From the human T2T-CHM13v2.0 reference genome, Homo sapiens: a stretch of DNA of 64,000 nucleotides. The stretch lies in the NCBI RefSeq assembly GCF_009914755.1, contig NC_060931.1. One strand, written 5' to 3'. Within the stretch, counting starts at the first letter, position 1; each line of letters opens with the position of its first letter. Positions 18,846-36,070 of the stretch are shown here, piece after piece. The position numbers and the translations under genes are program-made. The notes under the pieces were generated by a model. That model was not told the origin of the DNA. It did not search any database and saw only the letters and a list, made by a program, of their open reading frames with translations.

Positions 18846-19549
18846 CCTCTCTCCCCATCCAGTCAGCTAATGACAAAGCACTTTGTCTTTGGAAGGTGTT
18901 GGCATCTGTAATTGACGTCACAGGCACCTGCTGAGCCTGACCCCGTGCTGGCTCTGCAGAGGTAGCCAGGACACAGGCCCAGCCCGCAGTCCTCTGGGGA
19001 GACGGGCCAGGCGCACGCAGGTAGAGGATTATAAATCAGACAAGGACATGACTGTTCAGAATCGGGCCCGGGGAGACAGAAGCTGGAATAGACTGTCAAG
19101 GCCATAACAGAAGCGCAGGGCCTGTGTGTGCCGGTGCCGGGTCCTCTGCAGTTGCTGTTATTGGGCCTCAGCCTCAGCTCTGACCTTCCTGGTAGCCCTA
19201 GAGAAAAGGGAAACGAGACCGGGCAGCCAGGTTCCTGACTCCCTGTCCTGGGCAAGGAGCCTCCCGGCTGCTCCGCGAAAGCGCCGCGTTCTGAGCTGCT
19301 CACAGCCCTGCGGCTCTCTCTGGGGCTTTCTGAGGGTCTCTCTGGTGTCAGGGCAGTGCATGGGCACTCTGTCCAGCACATGTGTGGCAGGCTCACGCTC
19401 TTCTCCTGGGACATAGCTCCAAAGGACAGGGCGTTAGGATGGGAGGTGGCCCAGGGACCCCGCCTCCCCCAGGGCCAGGTCTGGGGGCTCCTGGCTGGGA
19501 TGGTGTTTTATTTTCTTCTATTTTTAACTTAAAAAATGACGATATAAGC

Positions 19550-22635
<3,086 letters not shown>

Positions 22636-25534
22636 AGGGCCACACTCTTCAACTACAGAGCCCCCACCTCATTGGCACTGGTCCACTCATTGTCCAAATT
22701 CATTCGGTCCACAGATATTTACGGAGCATCCCCAGCTGCTGGATGCTGGGACCCACCAGTGGGCAAGAGGGCCGTGCCCACCCCTTCCTGGAAGAGACAC
22801 TCACTCAGTAAATGCAGAGATTCAGTGTTGGGGTAACCCCAGCACACAGCCCTGAGGGAGGAAGCCCAGTGATTTGATCGGATTTGCTTTTCTCTTCTGC
22901 CTCGGATTCTGTCCAACCCCTGGAAGGACCTCTGAGGTGTCCCGTGGCTGGTTCTAGGCCCCATTCAAGCCTCCTCCTCCAGGAAGCCTTCCCAGTCCTG
23001 GGCATCTGTAGCCAGCTCGGTGTTTCTCACCTGGGGCCTGGGACGTCTCCCATTCTGAACTGCCGTGTTTTGGGTTTACTGTTCTCTGGCTTTTGGTCCC
23101 AGCCGGACGGTGGCCTCTTGTGTTCAGGGACAAGGCAAGGAGCATCCATGCACCCCCACAGTACCCAGGCTGGGTCTGTGCCCGCCAGGCCCCCGGCAAA
23201 GCTTGGATGATCCGGGCTGGGCTGTTCTCCTGCTGCTCTCCTGCTGCTGGCCTCGCTGTATCAGCTGATGGCCATCGCGCCTCCTGCACCCGTCATCCCG
23301 CCCTGCACGCCCCCGCCACGTGGATGAGCTCCCTGGGGAGTTAATGGCTAATGGAGTCTCCGCTCTCTCTTGTCAAATGCAGCCATCATCCGCTGGTGCT
23401 TTAAGGGACTCTCTCCCGTCCCCACCCTATTCTCAGGTGGCTCCTACCGACACCACCTAATGGTGAACCCCAACACGAGGACACAGGCAGTGCCCTCTCA
23501 GGACCACTGTGGGTGCCACCAGGCACGACTTCCTAAACACCCACAGAGCAAAAACCTGGAAATTCAGCCGAGGCACTGGGACCCCAACCTCTCCCAGAGT
23601 GGCCCCAGCTCCACGGCGTCTGCATGGCTCTGGCCGTGAGCAGAGCAGCCCCGACCTCCGTCCTGACCCAGGGCGCCGGAGCGCCACTGCGGATCTCACC
23701 ACCACACAAGCCAGACCTGCTAGGAAGCCCTTCCCGGCCACCAGCTCTCGGGCGATGCACACAACAGGGCCTTTTGAATTCCCTGAGGTTAAGGTTCCCC
23801 TTGAGTCTCCTGGGCTACAAGCAAATCCCCCGAGGGGAGAAGTCCAGGCTGACACAGCCTCCTGCACCCCTGCCTTGGGAGGCCACACCTCGTTTGCCTC
23901 TAGAACCGACGACTGGGGAGCACTGTTTGCAGAGTTCTCTCTCTCTGGGTAAGTTCCGGAGCCACATCTCACTGGATCCACCACGGCCTGGGTGGACGGC
24001 TCTCGTGTGTTTATAGCTGGGTCCCTCGCTTGGGAGCTGCCTCCGGGTGGGCGGCCTCTCCAGCCTGTTTGAGTGCTCCACCCGGAGCAGGAAGAGGGCC
24101 GTGTGCTCTGGGCAGTGGTTCCTTGGGCACTGCATGGTCCTTGCTTCCCTCCAGGGCCCACCTTCCCTGGCCGCTGCATCCCAGCCGAGGGCAGGCCCCT
24201 TTTGCCAGCTGAAGGCAGAAAGGCCGGCAGCCCTGGGGTGGCGGCGGGCAGAGAAACCCCCCGGAGTGGTCTCCGTTCTTCTAAAAGTGATGTTGACCCC
24301 CGTGTCGCAGGCAGCTGGCAGGGTGGCAGTTCGATCTGTCGTTACGGGCTTGCACCACTGCGGTCTCCCACCCAGGGAGCAGCTCTGTCCAACCACAGCG
24401 AGCCTCCAGCTCCTACCCTCTGCCTGGGCTGGGGCAGAGCCTGGGGTCTGGGTGGGAGAAGCGTGACTCTGGGATGAGACCTTACAAAGCAGGTTCCTCC
24501 TGGGAGTCAGCCCGGGTCTAAACGCAGCTGGGCATGAAGGGGTGCCATCGGATGTCGAGTTAGGAGGACGAGAGACCTCCAGCCCCAGCACCCGCATGTC
24601 TCTTTGGAAACCAGCTTTGGCTGCGCCCCTGGGGACACTGTCTGCCGTGGCCTCCCGCTCTCCTCCCCGGCACAGGCAGGGGGTCTCCCTCCTCCACCGC
24701 CACTCCCTTGGCCTCGCCCTCCCCGCCAGGCACCTGGCTTTTCCCCACCGACCCCCCCGGGGGACTGCGGCCCCCAGAAAGGCTGCACTCTGGGAGCAAA
24801 GTGGCCTGAAACCAGAGAAAAGAACGCCGGGGGATTTGGCTTAAACTCGTTAAACCCAATGAACCCTCTTGCCGAACGATCGCAGTCTGCGCCCGGTCTT
24901 TTAATCTCGTTCGGGCCTCGGGGTAATTTGTTTAGCTGTGCTGATCAGCTGAAGGTTAATTCAATTGGACTTGGGTTATTTATTTGTGCCCGGATTTGCT
25001 AAGTGTCATTGGAGGTACATGAGGTCTTTATTATGGCGGCAAGATGGCTTCATTAGGGTGAGGGCCACTCCCTCCGGATCCGCCCCCTCCCGCCAGCTCC
25101 AGGCTGAGGCAGTCTTGGGAGGCTGGAGCCCTGGGAGGCTGGAGCCCCAGGTGCAGTGGCTCTTGTTCCTGGATGCAGGGGATATCTGAGCACTGTGCTG
25201 GGAGTCCAGCCTCGCCCAGCTCTGGTGTTGATACTGGACGGTTCTGTCACATGACCTATCCTAACCGAGGCTGAAGGACCTGCTTCCCAGGACCCGTCCC
25301 CTCCCTCAGGGGGACCTAAAGGCGTTTTCCCCACCCTGCCTCAGTGTTCCCATTCACACATTGGGAACAGCACCCTGTTCTCCTGCGGCCTCCCAGGCTG
25401 GGCTTTGTAGCTGCAGCCCCCACCCCGCCTGGCGACCGGGGCAGAAGGACGCTGAGGTCGCAGAGCGGGCAGACGGGTTGGCCGGGCGGGCAGACCTCCT
25501 GCACGGAGCCGGGATCCTTCTCAGGCAGCAGCAG

Positions 25535-26329
25535 ATGATGGATTGCACGTGGACACTGCCTGGGATGCGTGCGACTTGGCAGCCTGCCCCTTTCCTGCCC
25601 TGGGATCAGACGCCCTGGCGGGTGTCCTTTTCCTGGTCCCCTGTCCTCCTAGCCTGGGGCGGCGTCTGGAGCGGGGAGGCTCACCCCTGTGCCCACGTCC
25701 TCAGGCCACCTGCCAGTCCCTGCCCACCCCGGCCGCGGAGGGGCTGTGGAGACTCAGGGAGTTCTGGGATGGCACAGAGGGCCCAGGCTGGTAGCAACCA
25801 AAGCCGTGGGAAATGTGGGAGGGATGGCAGGTGTCCCCCGAGGAGTAGCCCAGGTGCCCCGGAGGCTGCTGAGAGGGTTGAGAGTGCAGAGACGAGGGGC
25901 CCAGGGAAGTCTTGGATTCTCTCGCCATCTTCAATGTCGGAGCCCAGACGGGGCAAGGCGAGGAGGAGCCCGGGGCGAAGACGCCACCCACATTCCTCCT
26001 TCCCGCAGGCTTCTTCTCCTTCTAGCCCTTCCAGGAGAGAAACCATCCCACAAGTCCAGAGTAGTGGCGTCCCCGGGGCCATGTCTCCTGAGCAAACACT
26101 GTTTTCTAGGAGTCCGAGGGGCCTCAGCCATCTAGGTCAATCCCTTTGCAGAACGGTGAAGGAATCTGAAGCCCAGAGAGGGAAAACAATGCCTCCTGGG
26201 TCACACAGCCCATCAGGGGCAGGGCAGGGACGAACGGCGAGAAAAGGACCAGCGCGAGAGGAGATCCCCAGCAGTGATTCCTCAGCCAAGCCCAGCGTCT
26301 ACCCACATCCACACCTCACAGCCACCTGA
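25535..26329 (+). CDS. PSMG3-AS1: Putative 264-aa uncharacterised ORF of PSMG3-AS1/KIAA1908; coding status doubtful
   Basis: First ATG of the 322-codon open frame is at 25535 (MMDCTWTLPG...PHPHLTAT*), giving 264 aa, the length I recall for the putative KIAA1908 product. S/P/R/G-rich with no recognisable domain. Confidence 0.35.
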   Translation: MMDCTWTLPGMRATWQPAPFLPWDQTPWRVSFSWSPVLLAWGGVWSGEAHPCAHVLRPPASPCPPRPRRGCGDSGSSGMAQRAQAGSNQSRGKCGRDGRCPPRSSPGAPEAAERVESAETRGPGKSWILSPSSMSEPRRGKARRSPGRRRHPHSSFPQASSPSSPSRRETIPQVQSSGVPGAMSPEQTLFSRSPRGLSHLGQSLCRTVKESEAQRGKTMPPGSHSPSGAGQGRTARKGPAREEIPSSDSSAKPSVYPHPHLTAT

Positions 26330-26659
26330 TGGGGAAGGCACCATTGCCCCTTTTCAAAGGTGAGAAAACAGAGGCTCAGAGAGGTTCAGCAACTTCTCCC
26401 ACAGCTACTTCGTTGTAGAACTGCAGTTCCAGGTGTCCCCGAGCTCTCCCTTCCCGAGCCATCTGCTCCTGCCCTCCTATCCGAGCCCTGGCCCTCCCAG
26501 TCAAAGCCGGGTAGTGGCTGTTCAGAAGCCTTGGGGCTAGTCAATCCCAGCTGTCTCGGACCAGGGCCCCCCCCAGGAGGAGACCCTGAAGGATGCAGTT
26601 GAGAATATGTGCTTTCTTTGGTAGGTGATCTCAGGAATTGCAGGGGAAAGAGGGGGAGC

Positions 26660-27123
26660 GTGTTAGTGTAGGCTCTCCGGAGAAGCAGAACCAACGCACA
26701 GAGGAGATTTAGGATGAGGAATCTGGTTTATGTGACTCTGGGGGCTGAGAAGGCCCACCATCTGTGTTGCAAGCTGGAAACCCAGGGAAGCCTGAGGTGT
26801 GATTCAAACTCAGCTCAGGTCTGGAGGCCTGAGAACCAGGGCAGCCGATGGTGGACATCCAGTCCAGGGGCAAGAGATGACGAGATGTCCCGGCTCCAGT
26901 GGCGAGGCAGGAAATGAGGGGTGAACTCCTCCTCCCTCTGCTGTCTGTTCTATTCAAGTTCTTGAGGGATTGGATTATGCCCAGCCACTTGGGGAGGGCA
27001 GTCCACCTTCCTGAGTCCACAATTCAAATGCTGATCTAATCCAGAAACACTCTCACAGACACAGTGTGTAGTCTGGGCACCCCACAGTGCACTTAAGTGG
27101 ACACATAAAATTAACCATCCCAG
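26660..27123. mobile_element. MLT2-type (ERVL) LTR
   Basis: ctctccggagaagcagaacc ... ggctgagaaggcccaccatctg ... cacataaaattaaccatc termini typical of MLT2. Confidence 0.75.
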
Positions 27124-27809
27124 GGAGTGAGATGGGTAAGGGAAGATGGGCCACAGTGGGTGTGTCTCCATGCCTACCCCCACTGTGGGCAGCTGCTGGA
27201 GCACACGCCTCAAAGTCTTCCCTGAGGGAGAGGGAGCTGAGGTGTTTATATCCCAGCTCTGTCAGGCATTGGCTGAATGTCCACACTCCTGGATCACCGC
27301 CTCTCATCCTCATGATGTCCCATGGTCCTCATTTCACAAGTGAGCTCTGGGTACATGGGGAGCATCAGTCACACCCTGGGTCAGTACCTCAGCTGTCTCT
27401 CACATGACATCCTCATTATCCACACTGCAAAGCCAACCATCCCTATGATGGGTTCATTGTGGATCATGACTTAGTGGGTCAAGAGTTTGGAAGTGGCTCA
27501 GCTGGGCGGTTCTTCTGCTCCATGTGGCTGCCAGATGGTACCCTGCTGGTGGGCAGTCTGGTCTAGAGGGTCCATGATGGCTTTACTCACATGCCTGGCA
27601 TCTTGACAGGGACAGCTGGAAGGCAAGGTTCAGCTGGGACTGTCCACAGAGCTCCTCCCTGTGGCCTTTCCAGCATGGTGGTCTCAGGGTAGCTGGACTT
27701 CCTGCATGACAGCTCAGGGCTCCCAGAGCTACTGTCCCAAGAGATAGAAGGTGGAAACTGCCAGTCTCTTAGGCTAGGACCAGAAACCAGCACCCCTGCA
27801 CCCACAGCC

Positions 27810-28625
<816 letters not shown>

Positions 28626-28629
28626 ATGA

Positions 28630-28943
<314 letters not shown>

Positions 28944-29496
28944 TAGGCTGATCTCAAACTCCTGGACTCAAGGGATTTTCCCACCCCGGCCTCTCAAAGT
29001 TGTTGGGATTACAGGCGTGAGTCACCTTTAATTCCCTGCACCGTGCTAGACAGAGATTGCTGAAGACTGTGTTCCCGGGGCCACATAGCAAATCTGCCAA
29101 ATGGCAGAGGAAAGGGGAGATAGGGGCCCGGGGTCTGGAGAAATGAGGCTGGGTCTGGGGAAGACAGGTCAGAGGCAGCGTGGCTGGGAGATGCAGCTGG
29201 GAGAAGTGGAAGGAGAGGGTGGGCGTGGAGGCTTCCGGAGAGGGGTGGGCATGTATCATCCCTCAGGAGTGGAGAGACTTGGGTTGGGTTCAGAGAAAAC
29301 CAGGCTGGGGAGAACTTGAGAGCCCAGGCGTGAAGGCTGATGTGTGTCTGGGCTTCACCGCCCTGAGCTGTGTGGTCAGGAGCCATCACTGAAACTCTCA
29401 AACATCCTCTTTTATAAGATGGGAATAATAATAGGACCCCTTCAAAGGGCGTCGAGGGAATTCAGAGGGAAAGTCTGTGCATACCTCTGACCTGGC

Positions 29497-30260
29497 TGTG
29501 ATATTCATTTTAGGAGTCAACTTGACTGGGGTAAGTGGCGCCTAGAGAGCTGGTAAAAAACATCACTTCTGGGCGTGTCTGTGAGGCTGTAATGGCCAGC
29601 CGGGTGGGTCCAAGCTCTCTTCAGCAGTCCCCGGGGCTGGCAGCTAGCAGGTCTTGTGGTCTCTGAGGCCTTGGGGGGCACCTCCCGTTGTTTGCCCCCA
29701 CCTACATCTGCTCAGAACACGCTTCCCACCTCCACCGCCCCTTCTCCCTGCAGGACCACCTGCCTCTTCCTGCCTCCCCGCCCAGCCTGCCTTTTCCTTG
29801 CACGACAGCCAAAATCCCATTCCCCCAAGTTTCCAGAAGGGATCAGCACTTGAATCAGCAGACCAAGTAGACAAGTCCACCCTCCCCAATGTGGGCAGGT
29901 GTCACCCAAACCACTGAGGCCTCCCCCGGGACAAAGGCAGGGGAGGGAATTCTCTCTCTTCCTGTGCTGGGACATCCATCTCCTCCTGACTTTGGACATC
30001 GAGCTCCTGTTCTCAGGCCTTCAAACTTGGACTGAATTGCTCCACTGGCTTCCCTGGGCCTCCAGCTTGCAGACAGCAGATGGTGGGGCTTCTCAGCCTC
30101 TGTGATTCTGTGAGCCGATTCCCATGTAGATCTCTCTCTGTCTCTCTCTCTCTCTCTCTCTGTCTGTCTCTGTCTCTGTGTCTCTGTACACACATGCACA
30201 CACAGACACACACATATATCCTTTGGTTCTGTGTCTCTGGAGAACCCTGGCTAATCTATG
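29497..30260. mobile_element. MLT2-type LTR, opposite orientation to 26660-27123, interrupted at 29589-29829
   Basis: tgtgatattcattttaggagtcaacttgactggg ... ggttctgtgtctctggagaaccctggctaat, with an internal (CT)n(CA)n tract. Confidence 0.75.
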
Positions 30261-32269
30261 TGCACTTCCCAGCCACCCAGCCTGAGCCAGAGCTGTCTGG
30301 GAGGCTGCAGCCTCCCTCGCCGGGAGCCCACATCAGTCAGACGGCTGTGGGTTGGCGGGGGGTGGGGAGTTCCCCTCCCCGCAGCATCCAGCTGGTGGTC
30401 CGAGGCGCCGCGGCCCCTCACAGGGCTCTGCCTGCGGGAGGCTGGACTGGTTTCCTTCTTGGGCATCTCAGGATCTCAGCAGAAACTGGGGACTTCCTGA
30501 GGTCATGCTTCCGAAGGTGGGACGTCCTCACTGCATGCCACCGGCCGACAGGAAGCATGGCTGGCCCAGCCCTCCGGGGATGGAAATCCACTCTACTCAT
30601 GACTGGGCAGGAAAAATGGGGCGCGAAGGATGGGAAGAGCCGTGGCGGCCCACCCAGAGACCGGCCAGCTGGCGTCTAGCTACAAGAGGCCATGCAACAG
30701 TGGGAGTGGGTGGTGGGGCCGGGCGGGCAGGAGCAGCCCACTCTGCGGGGGTGTGGGGACAGACACGCACTCTATGGAAGTACCTCGGTGGCACCAGGAG
30801 TCACTGGGGGCACCCAGCAGGTGCATGCTTAATGCATGATGGGTGAGACGTAAACAGCCAGCCAGGCGGGTCCAAGCTCTCTTCAGTGGTCCCCAGGGCT
30901 GGCAGCTGGCAGTGCAGGAAATGGGGTCCCCGAGGCCTTGGGGGGCACCTCCCGTTGTTCGCCCCCACCCACATCCGCTCAGGACACGCTTCCCACCTCC
31001 ACCGCCCCCTTTCCCTGCAGGGACACCTGCCTCTTCCTGCCTCCCCGCCCAGCCTGCCTTTTTCTTGCACGTCAGCCAAAATCCGATTCCCCCAAGACTC
31101 TGCCTCATCAAAGATCCTCTTTCTCATCACCATAATTTTCCATTTGTAGGTTAAGCTGCACCTGGGGTTCTCAGAAATCTGCTAACTCTCTTCCAACTCC
31201 CTGAACTCCTCAAACGCCTCGTCCTCCCCTGCTTCTGTTGTTCAGAGGACAGGACGTAGCAGGTGGGGGCGTGGAGAGGGGGCGGCTGGGGAGTGCCTTG
31301 TCCGGGAACATCTTCGGAGACCATGTATGGGTAGGGGGGAGCCAGGCTCCTCCATCGAGTCCATAGAACTGTTTACCTGGAAACAGCAAGACCGAGGCAG
31401 CTGTGCTCTCACCTTTTTGTCCGTCCTTTCCAGGGGTCTGGAATCTGAGGCTCAGAGCCCTTTCCCAGGAAGAAGAGGGCAACCAGCCCCTTTCAGCATG
31501 TCCCGTGCTCCGTGCACCTCTGTGACACCTGGTTACTGTACTCTGAAGCTTCGCACACCCCCGCAGTCTCCATCGTAACCCCAGAAAACCAAGGCTCAGA
31601 AGGCGACGGGCCCCAGGGCACCCGGACGGTGACGACGGTGGCTGTGAGATGACAATCTGGGTCTCTGGGATTTCAATTAGGTTTGGAGGATAAAAGGTGT
31701 GAATAGGAAGCTATCACACAAGCTAGAACATGCCCGGTCCCAGATCAGGCTGTATTCCTGTGATTTGGTGTGGGTACAGAGGAGAGACTCTCCCTGGGGG
31801 TCCAAGTGGACAGTAGCATTGGGGAGGGCATCCCTGGCAGGGGGCATGGCATGGGACAAAGGCTGGGGGGAGGGAGGCTTGGGGCAGATTGAGTGCAGGA
31901 TGCCTGTGTGTGACCAGGCCGGGCGGCCCCCAGGCCTCGGGGCAGCCAGACCCACCTTGCCTCAGGGCGGTGCTCACAGAGGCTGGGCAGGGAGTTAGCA
32001 GGACGCCTGCAGGACCTCCTTGTGAGCCCCCTGCTGGCCAAGGGGAAGGAAGGAGGCCTCTGGACATGGGGAGAGAAGCCAGAGCCCAGCCCTGGCACCT
32101 TGGGCCCTTGGGAAGCTGCTATCCAGGCAGGGTGGACTGGAGCCCCCGCAGGAGACCCCCAAGCCCAGAAGCACCTCTGCTGATAGTGCCCCAGGTTCTC
32201 TGCCTTTCCGAGATGGTCCCAAGGTCACCACCCCAGAGGGACACAGCCCCAGGCCAAGGGCGCTAGTCT

Positions 32270-33970
32270 GCCCTCCTTCCTCCCTCCTTCCCTGCTTCCT
32301 GCCCCTTTTCTTCCCCCTTCTTCCCCCCTTTTTTCTCCCTCCTCCTTCTTCTTTCCCTCCTCCCTCCATCCCTCTCTCCTCTATGCCTCCCTCCCTCCAT
32401 CTATCCTCCCTCTTTCCATCTCTCCCTCCCTCCCTCCTCCATCCATCCTCCTATCCATCCACCCTCCCATCTATCCATCCATCCATCCATCCATCCATCC
32501 ATGCATCCACCTTCCCATTCATCCATTTATCTATTCATCCATCCGTGCATCCATCCATCCACTGTCCCTTCTATCCCTCCATCCTCCCATTCATCCATCC
32601 TCCCATTCGTCCACCCTCCTATCCACCCACTCTCCCATTTATCCATCCTCCCATCCGCCCTCCCATCCATCCACCCTCCCATCCATCCATGCATGCATCC
32701 ATCCATCCATGCATCTATCCATCCATCCATTTATCCATCCACCCTCCCATCCATCCACCCTCCCATCCATTCATGCATGCATCCATCCATCCATCCATGC
32801 ATCTATCCATCCATCCATTTATCCATCCACCCTCCCATCCATCCACCCTCCCATCCATCCATGCATCCATCCATCCATCCATCCATCCTCCCATTCGTCT
32901 GCCCTCCTATCCATCCACTCTCCCATTGATCCATCCTCCCATCCGCCCTCCCATCCATCCACCCTCCCATCCATCCACTCTCCCATCCATCCATGCATGC
33001 ATGCATCCATCCATCCATCCATCCATCCATCCATCCATGCATCTATCCATCCATCCATTTATCCATCCACCCTCCCATCCATCCACCCTCCCATCCATCC
33101 ATGCATCCATCCATGCATCCATCCATCCATCCATCCATCCATCCATCCATCCATCCATCCTCCCATCCATCCACCCTCCCATCCATTCGCCCTCCCATTC
33201 ATCCATCCATTCTCCCATCCATCCACTCTTCCATCCATCCATCCATCCATCCTCCCTACATCCACCCTCCCATCCATCCATGCATCCATCCATCCATCCA
33301 TCCTCCTATCTATCCACCCTCCCTTCTATCCATCCATCCTCCCATCCATCCATCCATTCTCCCATCCATCCACCCTCCCACCCATCCATCCTCCCATCGA
33401 TCCATCTATCCATCTTGCCATCCATCCACCCTCCCGTCCATCCATCTATCCATCCTCCCGTCCGTCCATCCATCCATCCATCCATCCATCCATCCATCCA
33501 TCCTCCCATCCATCCACCCTCCCGTTCATCCATCTATCCATCCTCCCATCCATCCTTCCATCCATCCTCCTGTCCATCCCTCCATCCATCCTCCTATCCA
33601 TCCACTTTCCCATCCATCCATCTATCCATCCTCCTATCCATCCACCTTCCCGTCCATCCATCTATCCATCCTCCCATCCATCCACCCTCCCATCCATCTA
33701 TCTATTCATCCTCCCATCCATCCCTCCCATCCACTCATGCATTCATCCATCCATGCATCCATGCATCCATCCATCCATCCATCCATTTATCCTCCCGTCT
33801 ATCCACCCTCCCTTCTATCCATCCATCCTCCTATCCATCCATCCATCCACCCATCCCTTCTCTCACCCATCCACCCTCCCATCCATCCGTCTATCCATCC
33901 TCCCATCCATTCACCCTTACATCCATCCTCCCTCCATCCATCGTCCCAGCCATCCACCCTCCCACTCATC
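32270..33970. repeat. Polypyrimidine lead-in plus (CCAT/CCCT)n array
   Basis: ~1.7 kb, almost free of G on the + strand. Confidence 0.97.
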
Positions 33971-35624
33971 CAAGCAGTCCTTGCTTGTCTAGGACTGTAG
34001 GAGCTCTGTCAGCTCTGGAGATACGGCAGTGAACAGGACTAGAAAGGCCACTGCCTCCACGGAGCTCCCTGTTTAGTAGAAGAGAAAGAAAACAAGAAAC
34101 GAACATGCCTGTATTTCTGTGTACATGAATGCTGAGAATCTGGAGAGACCAGCTGGGATGAATTGGAATCCGGGGGCCTGGGTGGTTTCTGATGAAGAGA
34201 TGTTTGGGCTGGGGCTGCAGCAGGGGCCAAGCTGGCCATGGGATGGAGAAGAGGCCAGTCCTGCCCATGTCAAGTCTGGAGAGGGTGGGGCAGGGGCGAG
34301 GGTGAGATAGGGACCTGAACGTTCATTCTGGAGCTGTTTCACAAGCACCTCCAGTGCACCAGAGTCCTGGGACTGGCTGTGGCACGGGCATGGGGTGGGG
34401 TGGGATCGTGAGCACCCCTCACCTCACGATCCCCTCGTCCCTTCCCTCACCCGCCGCTGCCCACACCCCCGGCTCCTTCCAGGATAGAGCCCGGAAAACA
34501 AGTCGGGGGAGGGAGGGTGCAGAGATCAAGATAAACCCCTCTCCCCAAATCATATTCCAATTCCTCAATTTCACCTCCTCACTCAACAGGGAGCCATCTC
34601 TCTAGTTTTCCAGGCCAACCCTTAGGAGCTGGGGATTTATTTGTGCATTTTTAACCCATTGTACAGATTCTGACTCCATTAGCGAAGCCACACCTTGGGG
34701 GCCACAGTGCCTTTCGTCTGCAAAGGGGCCCTGCAAAGACCGGTCAGGAAAAATTAATTAAACATTTTAACCTCTCAATGCCTCATGGCTGCGACATTCC
34801 CCTCCCGTGTCAGCCAAGAGAGAAACAGCCGTGTTTATCTACAAGCTCCTGGAGGAGCAGAGGCCACTCAGCCCCTGATACAATCTTGGGTGCCGTGTGC
34901 GTGGGGACAGTTTACAGCCCCGCATGACAGAAATCAGATATTTAGGGAGATGGAGTGATGGCCTGGCGTTAGTGGGGTCCGACGTGTTCCAGGCTCCGTG
35001 CCCTATCCCCAGGGCTCTAATGGCTGTGTGTGGGTGGGGGTGTACTCCACCTATGAGGCGCTGGGAGTCAAATGCATTTATCAGCTTCCTGGAGATTTAA
35101 AACCCAATAGCCTCTCTCCTGCCATTGCAGAGAATGGCAACAGTGTACGCAGGCGAAACACGTGGTTCCCAGGGTCCACGCTGCTTTTTCTTCCCCCAGG
35201 CCTGCAAATTATTCTCCCCGTGGTCTTTCTGCTTGAGTCACTGACTCTATGCTCGTTTACCAACCATGTACCCTGTGCCAGGTGCCGTGTCCACGCTGGG
35301 TCACCTCGGGGGCCAAGACAGCTGATGGCCGCATCCGGGGGTGTGGACAGATGGGAAGAGGAGCGCACCAGTCAATGCGTGAGCCCATTTCCGGCAATCA
35401 GCGCCACGAAGGTACCAACGTGGAGGGGCGCAATCGTGCCTGGGCGGGTGGTTCGAGGAGGAGCATCTGAGGAGGTGATGTTTCGGTTGAGGCTTGAGTG
35501 CCGAGCAGAAGGCAGGCAGGTGGAGGTCGAGGGAAAAGCATTCTGGGCGGAGGGAACAGTGTATGTAAAGGCTCGGAGGCAGAAAAGGACTCAAATGTTT
35601 TAGGGACTGAAAGAGAGGCAGCTT

Positions 35625-36070
35625 CCTTCAACTGCCAACTGCCATGATGAGTTATTGCAAACTGTGGGACTTAAAACCACAGAAAGTTACCATCCCACAG
35701 GTCAGGAGGGAACCAAGGAGTCGGAGTCAGCAGGGCTGGTTCCTTCTTGAGGGTCCTGGCAGCGGAGAATTTATTCCAGGCCCTTCTCCTGCTTCTGGCA
35801 GCTGCCAACAGCTCATGGCTGACACACCGCTGCAATCTCTGTTGCTGTCATCCCACGGCCCTCGTCACATGGCCTCTGTGTCTCTGTGTCCTTCTCTGTT
35901 CTTACAAGGACATCTGTCATTGGATTTGGGGCCCATCCTGAATCCAGGATGACCTCATCTTGATGTCTTTAATCAATTCCATTCCCTAAGACCAATTCAC
36001 AGGGTGAAAGGTCCCATGCACAGGTCCCAGGGGTCAGCGCTTGGGTAGCTCTTTTTGGGGTCCCCGTTCA
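35625..36070. mobile_element. MLT1-type MaLR LTR
   Basis: ttaaaaccacagaaag ... tcttacaaggacatctgtcattggatttggggcccatcctgaatccaggatgacctcatc. Confidence 0.7.

Noticed and set aside
18069-18934. L/S/C/V-rich, membrane-protein-looking ORFs
   Set aside because: Derived from the (CT/CTGT)n tract.
32383-34032. 549-aa and overlapping H/P/S/I-rich ORFs
   Set aside because: Same simple-repeat artefact.
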